A stretch of DNA of 64,000 nt from Rhizophagus irregularis. Lineage: Eukaryota. The notes beneath the pieces were generated by a model. The model did no database searches. It was not told the DNA's origin and worked only from the letters and a program-made list of their open reading frames with translations. Position 1 is the first letter of the stretch; each line of letters opens with the position of its first letter. The translations under genes and the position numbers were made by a program. This document shows, in pieces, positions 39,440 to 52,260 of the stretch. Where the stretch lies: contig NC_089430.1 of NCBI RefSeq assembly GCF_026210795.1, positions 5,394,001 to 5,458,000 of the forward strand. Direction: 5' to 3'.

Positions 39440-40134
39440 CTTTCATGGGTCAGTTCTTTAGTGTGAGTCAATTCTTTTTATGTGGATCTATTCTTCGTGG
39501 TTTAATTCTTTTTCGTGAGTTGTTTCTTTTTGTAGATTATTTCTTTTTTGTAGATCTTTCTTTTACAAGACTCCAAACTTCTTTCCTTTATAGAAACGCC
39601 AACTCTTGGAGACTTGGATGATTACAGTCTTACAACGGGAGTTTGGCATCTAATTGAGTTAAATAAGTATTCCTATGTTTCCTTTTTCTAAACAACTTGC
39701 ATGAATCTAGTTTTATAGGTAGATAGGAGATGAGTTAAAGAAACGTATTAAAGTTTTTTTATTTATTCTGAAAGAACAGGTTTTTCTTAGGACTACTTCT
39801 GGAGACTTTATATAACATTAGTATTATCTCTATTAGGAAATTCAAAGTTACTTTTTATTTTTGTTTGCAATAGCTAGGAAAGAACTTTTCATAATTTTAT
39901 TTTATTTTTATATTTATTGTTATTTAATAAATATGTTATTATTTAAAATTAATTTTTATTAACCAAATAACATTACAAATCATCATAAATTCAGTGCCCT
40001 AATCTGTAAATTCCGTGAGTTCCATGCAAATTCCATATCCAAATTGTATTTTTAGGACTATTATGATACGTTATTTCTAAGGAAAATAATCGTATAAAGA
40101 CATTATCAAAAACGTATCCAGTTTTTTTATAGGG
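39440..40134 (+). mobile_element. Right part of a CCCTA-terminus element, same family as 15285-16797
   Basis: 40060-40134 (tattatgatacgttatttctaagg...aaaacgtatcca...tttatataggg-like end) matches 16720-16797. Exon-like block 39593-39627 resembles 16320-16353. Left TIR not found. Confidence 0.8.
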
Positions 40135-42453
40135 TAAATATTCGTTCCAGTTTAATTATTTTTCTTGTAGACTCAATTTTAGTGCTAATCTTCATATAAT
40201 AATCGTCATCTAACATTAAAAACGAATCCGGATAAAAAAAAACATTATCTCCTCTTTTAATTAGTAAATTTAGTCATACAATCGAGAGCGAATCTACCAA
40301 AGTTGTATTATTATTACTAGTGAATATATAGATTTATTAATATCAGAATTACCCAATTTGAAATGCAGTTTTATTGATTGTCCGGAGCGAAGTGGATGTC
40401 AGGATTTGTCCGACATCGATTTCTACGCACTATGAAAAAAAAATCGATCACGTGAATTTCTCTGTCCGCCACGTGATCGTCATTCGTCACCACAAATTTT
40501 AGTTTTTCGTTCCGGACTTACCAGACTTACAACGGTTCCCGTTTCCTAATATGTAATGCAAGTGTATGTAATGTAAGTTTAATATACAGTATACCGACCA
40601 AACAAGAAAAATCTTTTGTGATCTTTATTAATGAGTACAGTTATATAGAATCTATATATATATGAAGTGAAAAATTTTTTTTTTTTATTAAATATGAAGA
40701 TTCCATATTAAAATTAAAAAAAAAGAAAATAAATAAAATAAAATTTGAAAATAAATGATTGCAAAATTTTATAATGATTCGAATAGTACTGAAAATTTTT
40801 AAATTTGAATATCTTTTACTTTTAGAAATCGTGAGCATGTAACAATTGTAACACATAAAATTCATATCTTAAAATCTATATTTGCTACATTCGTAAAAAG
40901 ATTCAAATCAAAAAATCTTTTGATTACTTTGTTATTTTTCTTTATTAATCAATTTTTTATAATCATAAGTATGAAACCATTTTCCTAATAAGGAATTCTC
41001 TAATGATGCCAATCCTAGTATTTTAACAAACAAGTTGCCTTAGTTTCTGACAGGGCGTTCTAAATTGTTCAATGGAAAATTTTTATTTATTATAATGTAT
41101 TATTTTTTTAATTATTTAGATTATTTAAAAAAAATCTTTCGTAATAAATAAATTTCATTATGTATCGAACTTCGTGGCGCAACTTTATTGGTCGATTTGT
41201 ACAGATCAAGAAATATTTGATATATCAAAGTTATTCATTAGGTATAAACTGGCACATTCAAGTCGTATCTAATCAATACAAGTGACCTGAATATCCAAAA
41301 TTTTTATTTAAGAAAATTTCCTCGATATTATCTTCGAGTTAAAATAAATCAAACAAGAACGTTACTATTAAATATTGTCAAATTTTAGATATTGACTTTA
41401 TAGAACCGGATTTAAAATCATTTAGCAGTAATTAATACATTTAATTGTTAAAAAATATAATAAAATATTAGAAAAAAGGAATAAAAGAAAAATGTCCTTC
41501 GAACTTTTATGATATAATATTAGTACAAAGACACTGATGGAAATTACCCTCTTCAAAATTACGTTAATGGTTCTTGCGCGTTGTGGCGCAGGAACGATTT
41601 AGTCACCTTTTTTTACCATAGTTTGTAAAGTATTTGTAACATAGAATCTTTAAGTAGTCGAAAAGCTCAGACAGAGTGAACATAAGCAAAAAAACATTTA
41701 CAACTACCTTGAAGCGTCTAACCAAAACTTGGAGCCAATAAAAAAAAAAGATTGATAATAGTTTGTAAAACTTAATTATCTCTTAAAATTTAAAAATTGA
41801 AAATGTGGTTTGACGGTTGAAGTACGATCACCAGTGTAATACTGTATGATGCACATCTGCTTACATGGATCCATACTATTTTTCTAAATTGAGTATAGCA
41901 CTGTACCATACATAAAATGAAGGTTATATCATACTTATCTATATACTCTTTTGTTATAAAGGATTTAAAAATACTGTCAGGACCATTTGACGATTTTTAT
42001 ATTATTTTTCAGTTAATATTAAATTTTAACCAAATTGATAAAGAATTTGTTAAAATAATGGAATTATACAGATAATAACAAATGTAATATCATATGTTCA
42101 ATTTTAACATGACTTAGGCTATAAAAAACCAAATTTTAAATATTTTAAATAATATAAATAAAAATTTTTATTGTACTTTAAATTATTATTTTTAAAACAT
42201 AAATAAATAATGTTCATAGTAGTACCTCTTAACTAAAAACCTCCAAATTGAACAATTGAGAGCTAACCTAACTTTTTTATTTCCTTTATAACCAAATTTT
42301 TCTTTCCTAATAGAATACCAACCATTATTCAAATACATAATTTATCTTTGAATTTTTGAAGTCATAAAAAGTTATTCTTTAAATATCTCTAATATACATT
42401 ATTACAATTCAAAGTATTAATTGTAACTATACAATTTAGATTATTTCACATTA

Positions 42454-44037
42454 TTACCATAGAAGCATAGATAAATCTCCTTTATATAATATATCAAAAA
42501 TTTTCATATAACTATATTTTAAAATTTGAATATCATATAATCTAAATTCCTCTATATCTTTCGAAGAAAACCAATTTACTTTGAATTTATCAGAAATAGT
42601 CAAATATTTAACTTTTTTCTTTTTCATAATATATTCCTTTATACAAGGATAAATAGTTACATAATGATCATGACTTTCATTTTTAATTGACAATTCTTTA
42701 ATAAAAGTATTTTGAGAATTTTTTAAGAATATTTCTAAATCACTTTCATTAATTGCAAGACACAAATTCAAATATTCTAATTTAAAAGGAAGAATTTGTC
42801 CTAAATTTTGTAATATAATTGAATGAAAATCATTTGTCATATTAGCGGCATAACCGAGATCAATTGAAAGATAATTAAGACTTTGTTTAATATTTTCAAT
42901 TAAATTGAATACTAAGTTAATATTCCGATAATCCCACAATAGGTGTAAGTATAAAGATTTAATTTTACTACAATATTTTGTAACTGATTTAAATAATTGT
43001 AATAATTGTGGATCATTATCTACATTACTTTCAAAATTTTCTAAATAACAACCAAAATGTTGTAATAGCAGATCATATGGTTCAAATTGTGATACTTCAT
43101 GCAAAAATAAAGATTTCAATTTAAATGGTTTATTAATATTAATAATTTGTTGAACAAATTTGGTATCTAGATATCTACAATAAATAATATGAATTGATTC
43201 TAAAACATTTAATTGATTAAATACTTCATTTAAAATAATTATATTTTTAAATTCAATATCATAAAATATGATTGTGTTTAATGTATTTGAACAATTAGAA
43301 TTTTTTAATGATAATAATGATTGGTTCAAAGGAGATCTAAATAATATTTTTCTAAGATTCTTTTGAGATTTAATAATTTGTGATAAACCCATCATTTGTT
43401 GATGTTCGTAGTTATTATAACATTGATATGATAGAGATGAAATTGAGTTGCAATTAGAACTTAAAAATGTTAACAATTTTATTGTAGATACAGACATTTC
43501 CAAATGACCTAATTCAAAATTTTTTATATTACCAATGAAATTTGAATTTTGTAAAATCAATTCAATAATATCATCAAAACTACCATATGAAACATGCAAA
43601 CTATGTAAATTTACTACATTTTCAATGAATAGTTGTATTAATGATCTACAAATTAATTTTGTAAAGTTTGACTTTCGAAAATTTTTAGTTGCTAAAGTTC
43701 TATCCCAATCTTCAATAGATTTACTAATTTTATGTATATTCAAATGTTTAATAAAACTAGAATATTTAAATAATGTATTTGAAGGAAATAAATTTTTATC
43801 CATTCCATATTCAATTAATTTTGTTTTCTCATCATCATTTAAATCATATAAATAAATTTCAATAAAGTGAAGATTTTTAGGACGCATAAATGAAAATGGA
43901 TTTTCCCATAATAATGGAATTGCTAAATTACACCATAATCTATTAACCAATATACATGAATATAGTATTCTATAATCTTGACGAAAATATTGTAAAATTT
44001 CACCTAATAATTCTGGTAAAATCTTTGAAAATGCCAT
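42454..44037 (-). CDS. F-box / RNI-like leucine-rich repeat protein (527 aa, single exon)
   Basis: N-terminal F-box-like LPELLGEILQYF...LYSCILVNRLWC...PLLWENPF, followed by LxxLxL repeats. First ATG at 44037. Confidence 0.9.
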   Translation of the reverse strand: MAFSKILPELLGEILQYFRQDYRILYSCILVNRLWCNLAIPLLWENPFSFMRPKNLHFIEIYLYDLNDDEKTKLIEYGMDKNLFPSNTLFKYSSFIKHLNIHKISKSIEDWDRTLATKNFRKSNFTKLICRSLIQLFIENVVNLHSLHVSYGSFDDIIELILQNSNFIGNIKNFELGHLEMSVSTIKLLTFLSSNCNSISSLSYQCYNNYEHQQMMGLSQIIKSQKNLRKILFRSPLNQSLLSLKNSNCSNTLNTIIFYDIEFKNIIILNEVFNQLNVLESIHIIYCRYLDTKFVQQIININKPFKLKSLFLHEVSQFEPYDLLLQHFGCYLENFESNVDNDPQLLQLFKSVTKYCSKIKSLYLHLLWDYRNINLVFNLIENIKQSLNYLSIDLGYAANMTNDFHSIILQNLGQILPFKLEYLNLCLAINESDLEIFLKNSQNTFIKELSIKNESHDHYVTIYPCIKEYIMKKKKVKYLTISDKFKVNWFSSKDIEEFRLYDIQILKYSYMKIFDILYKGDLSMLLW

Positions 44038-44810
44038 TACGTTAAGCAAAAAGGAAAGAAGAAAAAAAGGGTTTGGGCGACAACTTCGTTTCGTCGCACA
44101 AGTATTTATGCAACGTTTAAATTTCTTATTGGTTCCTTATTATACAGATCCTTATCACATGATGATCATCACTATTTTCCGCAGCACATCAACATGAATT
44201 ATTTTTTTCTATTTTAGCGTACCTGCTGATTTATCACCTAGGTTATTTTGGTATCGTTCACGGGTCCCTGACCGATATCAGTAATAAAAAAAGGGAGACA
44301 GAAAAATCATATGACTACTTACCAAAATCCGCAGCATCCAGTATTATTTAAAAAAAATTATAAATAGGGTTACAGTACTGTAAAATCTCCAGGTAGTACT
44401 AAGAAAATCGTCAATTCTCGAGACGACTTTTGGGTTCCGTTGCAAGTGTAGTATGTGAAACTCTTCATTCGAATTTTAAATTTGTATGTTCGCTATTTAT
44501 ATTTAGAAAGACAGACATCATAAAAATTTAGTTTGATTTCAAATTATTATAATTATAACGGTAAAAAACATAAAAGATTAAACGTTTAAAGCGTAAGCAT
44601 TATTACGGGTCTGACGCTAAGTCGAAATAAGCTGTAAGTAAGTATAGAAGCATAACAAGTATATCAGTCTTTTTCCGAAACTTATTCTACTGTCAAAAAA
44701 AGTAACAAGAAAATTGAAACTCATAAAACCCGGTATAAATTGGGTTGGAATTTACTGTATAATTAGGAGTTTTTGAGTTCTGTCCAGTTTTTTTAAAATT
44801 GAATCTAAAA

Positions 44811-45121
44811 TAGCCCTGTTCATTTCCGGTCGGTTGCATTTTTCGGTCGGATTTTGTTGTACAAAAATTATCCAATAAAAATTTTTTTATTTTCGATCGC
44901 AAATTGAACTGCTTTAGATTGAAATTTAGTTCGAACTCCTTATATTTGATATATATATTTTTCTTAAATGTCACGTAAACAGAAATTATCTAATTTTGGT
45001 TGGCGTTCGACCAAAAAACCCCCCAAAAAATTGGGCTAAAAGTTCAGAAATACAAACTGATCAGCCCAATCAAAATTAAATCTGACCGAAAAATGTGACT
45101 GACCGGAAATGAACAGGGCTA
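44811..45121. mobile_element. MITE (probably hAT type)
   Basis: TIR tagccctgttcatttccggtc / gaccggaaatgaacagggcta, extending imperfectly to ~40 bp. No matching 8-bp TSD. Confidence 0.8.
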
Positions 45122-46499
45122 ATATTTCTGTTATTTCTTACGAAACTTTACTTAATTTAACTAATTTAATTAAGGTACTAAACCTTTTTTTAACTCTCTA
45201 AAAGTTAGCATTATTAAAAAAAAAATGAAAATAAATTTATACCAGACAAATTATATTTCATATATATTGACATATTGACCAATACAGTATAAATATAAAA
45301 AAAAAATCCTTATCTATTTCTTCTAATAATTCTGATAAATAAATCATGGAATTAGATGAGACATTGTTAAAATGTATTTGTTAAAATGTAAAATCTATCT
45401 TTTATGAAAATAGCACAAATTGACGCTTTTTAAAATTCGCTCTATTGAACTTTGTAGATTTCCTGATAAATATTATTTCTATTATCCTACCAGAAATATT
45501 AAATTACATTAAAAATAATTTAATGTCAATATTTTTATGGAAATTTAAAGGCTTTTTTTATAGAATAACTTTTTAGAATGCCTCCATCATATAGTAATGA
45601 CTTATTCTAATTCAAAAATTCTCTATGTTGTTAGTATAAGTTTGGTAAATAAAGTGTTGTGCCCTGTATAAAATGTAATGTGATCCCTGTTCTGTAAAAA
45701 AATTTTGTCCGTAATTTCTGTAAAAACTTCATACACTTATGGAAAATAACTAAATATCTAGCAAATTGGTTAATTTCCACTCATGTTTGAGGCCATATTT
45801 AAAATTCCGTGAATATTATACATTTACGGAAATAACATGGAATAAAAGCATGGAATAAATTTTTTATAGAGTTGGAGAAAAACACCGGAAACCTTTGATC
45901 AAATTGACATGCATGAATCTAGCTTTTATTAACTTGAGTCAATTGATGATTTACCAGATTATACTATACTGCGAGATAGTCATCTGACGTGATGATTTAG
46001 ATATTTGCTTAACGTATTGACACTTTACTGTGCATGAAAATAAGTGGATAAATAAAATTAGAAATACGCCCCTTATCTAATTAAAATCAGTTTAGTTGAC
46101 ACGTTAGTTTTAACAATTTTATTAGATAGGCGCGTTTCGCTTTTGTAATATGTTTTTACAAAGCCTAATAGAGAAATTCGTGTTACTAACAAAAAAAAAT
46201 GCAACATAATATAGAATTTATACTATAATTTAATCATATATGACAATATTGTAAGACTTGGAAGTAAATATTCTAAGAAAAAAAATATAAATTATTACAT
46301 TATTTTGATGTTATAAAATTTTGTAGTGAAATATTAAAATTTTCGGGAATAGATTTATGTATTTCACAATTATCAAATACAAGAATTATGGTATTTTAAG
46401 ATATGTGAGATTCCGATTTATAGTTTTGAAATCTTAGTTTTGAAGTACTATGAATTTTTTTGAATTTTAGAGAGTTATGAGTTGGCAAACCACACACTT

Positions 46500-48520
46500 T
46501 TATCCCGTAATAATATAATTCAATTCATTTAATTTTTCTTGAGCATCTTGATCTCCTTGCTCGGCAGATTTTTTATACCAATATGTTGCTTGATTTATAT
46601 TCTTTTCAATTCCAATTCCATATTCAAACATTGAAGCAAGATAATATTGAGCTATACTATCTCCTAAATTTGCAGCCTTTTGATATAATTTAAATGCCTT
46701 TTGTTCATTAGTATTAGTTCCAATTCCATATTGATAACAATTTCCTAAACTACACATTCCACGTGGATTTCCTAAATTTGCAGCTTCTTGATATAGTTCA
46801 AATGTCTTTTTGCTCGTCAGCACTGATTCCAATTCCTTCATCATAACAAAATCCTAAACTAGTTATTCCATATACATTTCCAGAGTTTGCCGCATTTTGA
46901 TATAATTCAAATGCTTTTTGTTTGTCAACCTTGACTTCAATTCCAAAATGATTAAATACTCCAAGTAAAAACATAGAATCTGAAGCATTTTGATTATTTA
47001 ATAACCAAGCATAAATTTCTTGTGAAGTTATATTATGATTATTAAGATAATTAATGACTTTATGTTTTTTATATACAATTTCTATATTATCTATATTATC
47101 AAGAAGGAGTATTATTTCATTAACATTAACCATTATGTCAAAGTTATTATTCAATGACATTGAAGGTTCTATTTCTTTTATACTCATTTTATTAAAATTT
47201 TCAATGATTTGAGACATTTCTCCGTATAATGAACTATCAATAATATTTTTGGGAACTTCATCATTACTCTTCTGTTCACTTGATAATTGAACATTTAATT
47301 TTGCAATAACCTGGTTGACAGTTGGACGATTATCTGGTTCATTATTCCAGCAATCTGATATAAATAAGCTTATAATTAATCAAATATTGTCATTATTAAT
47401 ATAATAAATTTAATTGTGCTTACCAGTGTATATTTTTATGTAATCTACAGGTGTATTAGAAATAGGTTTTTCTCTAAGACCTTGTAAAATTTTCATAGCT
47501 AAACCAACATCATGTGATTCATTATGAAAAGGTGGCCGTCCACTAGAAATTTCCCACAAGAGTATGCCGATACTGTAGATGTCACTCTTTTTATTATATA
47601 CTTGTATTTGATTGTTATTATCCCTTTTTGTATTAAATACTTGTGGATCAACATAAGCAACCATTCCAAATAATTTTGATTGAACGTTGGATGATTCTTC
47701 AATCCTTTTTGACAATCCAAAATCTGCTAATTTAATGGTATTCTTATGGACTAATATATTATTTGAATGCTATTATTAAACGCAATAACTAAATTAGCAT
47801 AATTATACAATATAATTTGTTAAAGTGTAAATAACTGAAGTAAATAACTCACCAAATCACAATGAACGATATCTTTATCATGTAAGCATGATATAGCATT
47901 AGCTAATTGAAATGCTAGTTCCAATTTATTGTTCCAAGTGAGATTATCAAAACGTTCACTTAAATAATTTCGGAGAGTACCACTATCAGCATATTCCATA
48001 ACCATTAAATATTTTTTTGAATTATTGTCTTGATTTGCTTTTGAGAAAAAACAAAAGAAAAATTATTTAGATTTTTTTTTCTGCAAAAAAAAAGATAACA
48101 ATAATTCAAATTATATATCATACCTGTTGTAATGCCACAAAAACGAATAATGTTTTCATGAAAATCTACTTTGCGTTGAAGATTAATCTAATATTGAAAT
48201 AAAAGTTCAAGTTAGGAACGTAATATATAATTAAAGATAGAAGAACAAAAAAAAATGATAAAATGTTAATATGTAATTATAATTACTTCATTAACAATTT
48301 CTTTAACTGTGGCATTATTGATATTAAAGAAAGATTTTAATGCTAAATGATTGTGAAAACTTTTCCAGTTAGCACGATATACTTTTCCAAAACCTCCAGA
48401 ACCAATTTCTTGAATATTATTAAAATGTTTGTAATCGTAATATTTAATGTGTTTCTTTGCAATAGCTTCTTCAATCCAATCAATCCACTCATTTGAATTA
48501 AATTCAGTATTATTAGACAT
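46500..48520 (-). pseudogene. TKL kinase with Sel1-like repeats, one frameshift near 46810
   Basis: Same exon plan as 18437-20674. Motifs GSGGFGKVY, LALK, HCDL/HSNN, LADFG, YVDP. The Sel1 region is split between ORFs 46798-47217 and 46500-46844 by one extra base in a T/A homopolymer. Confidence 0.8.
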
Positions 48521-50559
48521 CGATACAGAACTTTGATTCAGTTTGTGCTTAAAGTTTAATAATAAAAGGAAAATTATAAAAAAATGAATTTTAAGGTAAA
48601 AATGTTAAAGTTATGAACTTCTTAATTTGAATGAGCCTATGATTTTTAAATTCATCGTAATGACGTAACGACGTAACGTAGTGCAAGAATGTTATGTCTC
48701 TGTGCTCCCCACTAAGGTTACAAATTATACCAATCAAGAATTGATGCACACCATACATAAATCACGTGATATTAAATATTCAATCTTGCAAAACTTTATG
48801 CGAAATGACTAAAATTTTCTTTGATATAAATATTTTTTCAAGTAAAAGGAAAAATAAAATATTTAGAGGAACGAATGCACAAACAAGCGTAACGTAAGTA
48901 TTATGTACACGTCTAAATGAAAATCTATTACATCATTAAAATATTTCTTAAATAAATTAGTCATATAATTATGTTTGAATTATATTGTACGAGAGTTAAA
49001 ATAAGAGAATTTTTCATAAAAACTTATTATAATTAAAAGATGTATTCCTTATAAAAGAAAATTTCAGGAAAAAAAATCCAATAAATGTAACAAACGATAT
49101 GAGAAACTTGCATATACAATTTTACACTATTCTTACATAAACTAAATTTATTTATTTATTTTTTTTTTGTCATTTAAAGGAAGTAATTGGTTCAAAAAAA
49201 AAATGAAATTTTTTCATAATTTACAACTTTTTAATCAAAAGTCATTTAATAAAATTTTTATTATTTATCAAGAAATTTTTTCATTTAATATAGAAGAATC
49301 TTATCGAAGTCAAGCTTTTTTTTACACGAATAATGCCAAATATCTTTATAATAAATTTTATTTTATTCTACATGTAATAAAATTAATAGCAAATTATCTG
49401 TAACCTATTGCATTAATTAGGAAAATATATTAAATAAAATAAATTATAATAACTAATAATAAAAAAGAACAATATAATTTAAATTTTAAATTATGTCAAC
49501 TTAATATCAAATACATAAATAGGGTAAACCTTTATAAATAATAAATCTATTTTTTTTATTCTTTATATCGTCAATACTTTCTAAACTTAAAAGGCGAAAG
49601 AATGAAAAAAAAGCAAATAGGAAAAAAGTATTACTATATATATTATATTATAGAGGGGGGAAAATTAAACTCTACCCTGAAAAAAAAGTAAATTTCAAAA
49701 AAAGACTTTCAATATCCAAATTATTTGAAATCCGTGATTCTAATGCAATGGTAAGACTTAAATGTTGTTAGCAAATCCAACAATACTTCATAATAATTGG
49801 CAAATGTATATTTATAAAGCGGTTTATATTTTTACTACAAATTTTATGTTTATTGGCCGTGAGTAATTGGCGATTTATTATTTACCTTTTTTACAATTGT
49901 TTTTTTTTATCCTCTTTTACTAAATCTGATTATTTGATTCAATTTATCAACAATCAGATTATCGACAAATATATGTTAGTATATATTAACTTTTTAACAA
50001 TCTGGTAGATAATCGTCTACACGCAGTTTACTGCGATCACAGATCAATTTTTCAATCAATCCAATAAAATCGTCACAAATTTATAAAAAATTGTTAAACT
50101 TCTTAACCATATCAATAAAATTTAGTAAAATGTATTGTATAAAAATAATTATAAAATTTAATAAATACTATATATTGTAAATATCTCGTAAAACTACATT
50201 GTTAAATTTTAGTAAATATGTAATTAATATTTGTATCGAGGCAATATCATATATTATATGGGAACTCTTCCTTCCGATTATTCAGACCAAAAATTTTAGG
50301 ACGAAAGAAAAAGGCGGAAGAGTTCAAAAGTGCTTTAATAGGGAAATTTATTATTATACACATTTCTGTTTATTCAGTCTTTTCTGAACATTTTGTTATG
50401 AGGTTTAGAATGAGTTTGTTAGAAAGTTTTAAAAGTTTTTGACCAAAAATTTATTTCTCACTGTCAAATCAATGGTAGTGACCCAAAAAAAGCCAGGGAG
50501 AGCTAGGTGTTGCTCCAAATAAAGTTTTGTCAGTATGCGATAATAGAAGCTTGAAAAAT

Positions 50560-51680
50560 TAAAATAAAACTGACCTTTGGATAGTGAAGAAGTTTTTTGC
50601 ATAGCTTGGAAATTTTGGTTTCTTGAATTTTTCATCACAAAATTTTTTCGTTGGTGCAGCAGAAATTTTAGCATGCAGATGGAAACTAATTAAGCCCCGT
50701 TCAATTGAAATTTTCTTAATAGCATCTGCTAGGCGAACCAAGGCAATAAAACAATCGGCATAATTGGTATTAGAAGCTTTAACAGATAAAATTGCCTTCT
50801 TAGCACCTTTAATACCAAGTTAGTATCATGGAAAAATCCTCAAGCTGTAATGATTTTTATTACAGTTTTATTATTAACAATGCTGCCATGTTCATTTACA
50901 ACCTATTAAATCATTATTTATGAAATTATTAGGAATTCTTTTTTAATTTTCTTATAAATCAATAGAGTCTATAAGAACCTTTTCTAATGCTGATCTTAAA
51001 TGCCAAATAGAATTAATAGAGTCAAACATTGTTATCCAGCATGTTTCAATCCAGGTTTTGAGTCCTCCGCCTTCGATGTTGAATTCTTCGATATATTTTT
51101 CTAAAAGTGCTTTCCCTTGATGTGATTTTTTAAAAAACTTCACTACTTCATTACATGTTTATAGAATTCGTTTTGGAAAATCATGCTCTGTTTTAAATAA
51201 TATGTGAGTATTTTAAAATAAAAATTTAACAACAATGAACATACCAAGCACATCTTTAGTGATTAGATTAACGCAATGTACAATACAACGAATATTGAAA
51301 ATAAAAGTATATTTTTCACTAATAATGTTCCTGGCAGCAGAACAATTGGCAGCATTATCAGTGACAACAGCAGCAAACTTGTCAGGTCCGATTTTTTTAA
51401 GCACAGTTTCAATTTCCTCTGCTAAATTTTCAGCCATATGTCTTACAATTGAAAGATCCTGAAGTTTATACTAAAATTCTTGATGATCGTAAGTCATTAC
51501 TATAAAATTATAAATAGAATGGCCTGCGGGATTTGTCCAGCCATTTAAACCTAAAGTTATAAAGTTTATTATTTTATTTTATATCAGAAATTCAGAATAA
51601 AGAAAATTGAAAATCAATTACCTAGCACTAAATTTGTTGCATTTTCAAGAATAGAATCTATTTTATTACTTAATATTAAA
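50560..51680 (-). mobile_element. hAT transposase relic (RNase H-like / DUF659-type), pseudogenised
   Basis: Fragments GWTNPAGHSIYNF, VVTDNAANC, RCIVHCVNLI (CxxH) and GGGLKTWIETCW, with introns, stops and frameshifts. No TIRs identified. Confidence 0.8.
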
Positions 51681-52260
51681 ATAATACCTTAAAGAGAAGT
51701 GCCACTTTACTTTAATGGATTGTATCTGAAATTTTAAATTTAAAATCTCTAATTCTGGTTAACAATTAGAACGATTGTAATATGAATATTTAGGAAAAAT
51801 CATTAGTTTAGAATTTAAATGATAATAAACTCTTTATCAAAGTTTAGATATATGAAAAAAATGGACGTATTGAGCAATATTAGACAGAAGTATACTTATT
51901 TATTGTTTTATTATAAATATATATTCATTACATGTAAGCTTCATTTAGATTGCATTTTATGCTATTTTTAATACACTTTACAAGCTTTACTTACTTAAGC
52001 TTTTTCCATAAAACATTCACTTACACCACTTTATTATATCAATCATATATTATTACTATGCCTAAAAATATCAGTCTATGAAAATCTGCATGATCTTATT
52101 GGGCTAAACGATAAAAAGAAAATATAGTCAATTATTTTTTATATTTTTTATTTGGAATTAAGTTCAAAAATTACTATATAATTTTATGGAATTTATAAAA
52201 CTGATCTATCCTACTTCAAATAATAGACCATTTAAATTTTATTTAGTCTTATTGAATTTG

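Noticed and set aside
45690..45871. Possible small MITE (tctgtaaaaaaattt...aaattttttatagag)
   Set aside because: The match is mostly an A/T run and there is no clear TSD.
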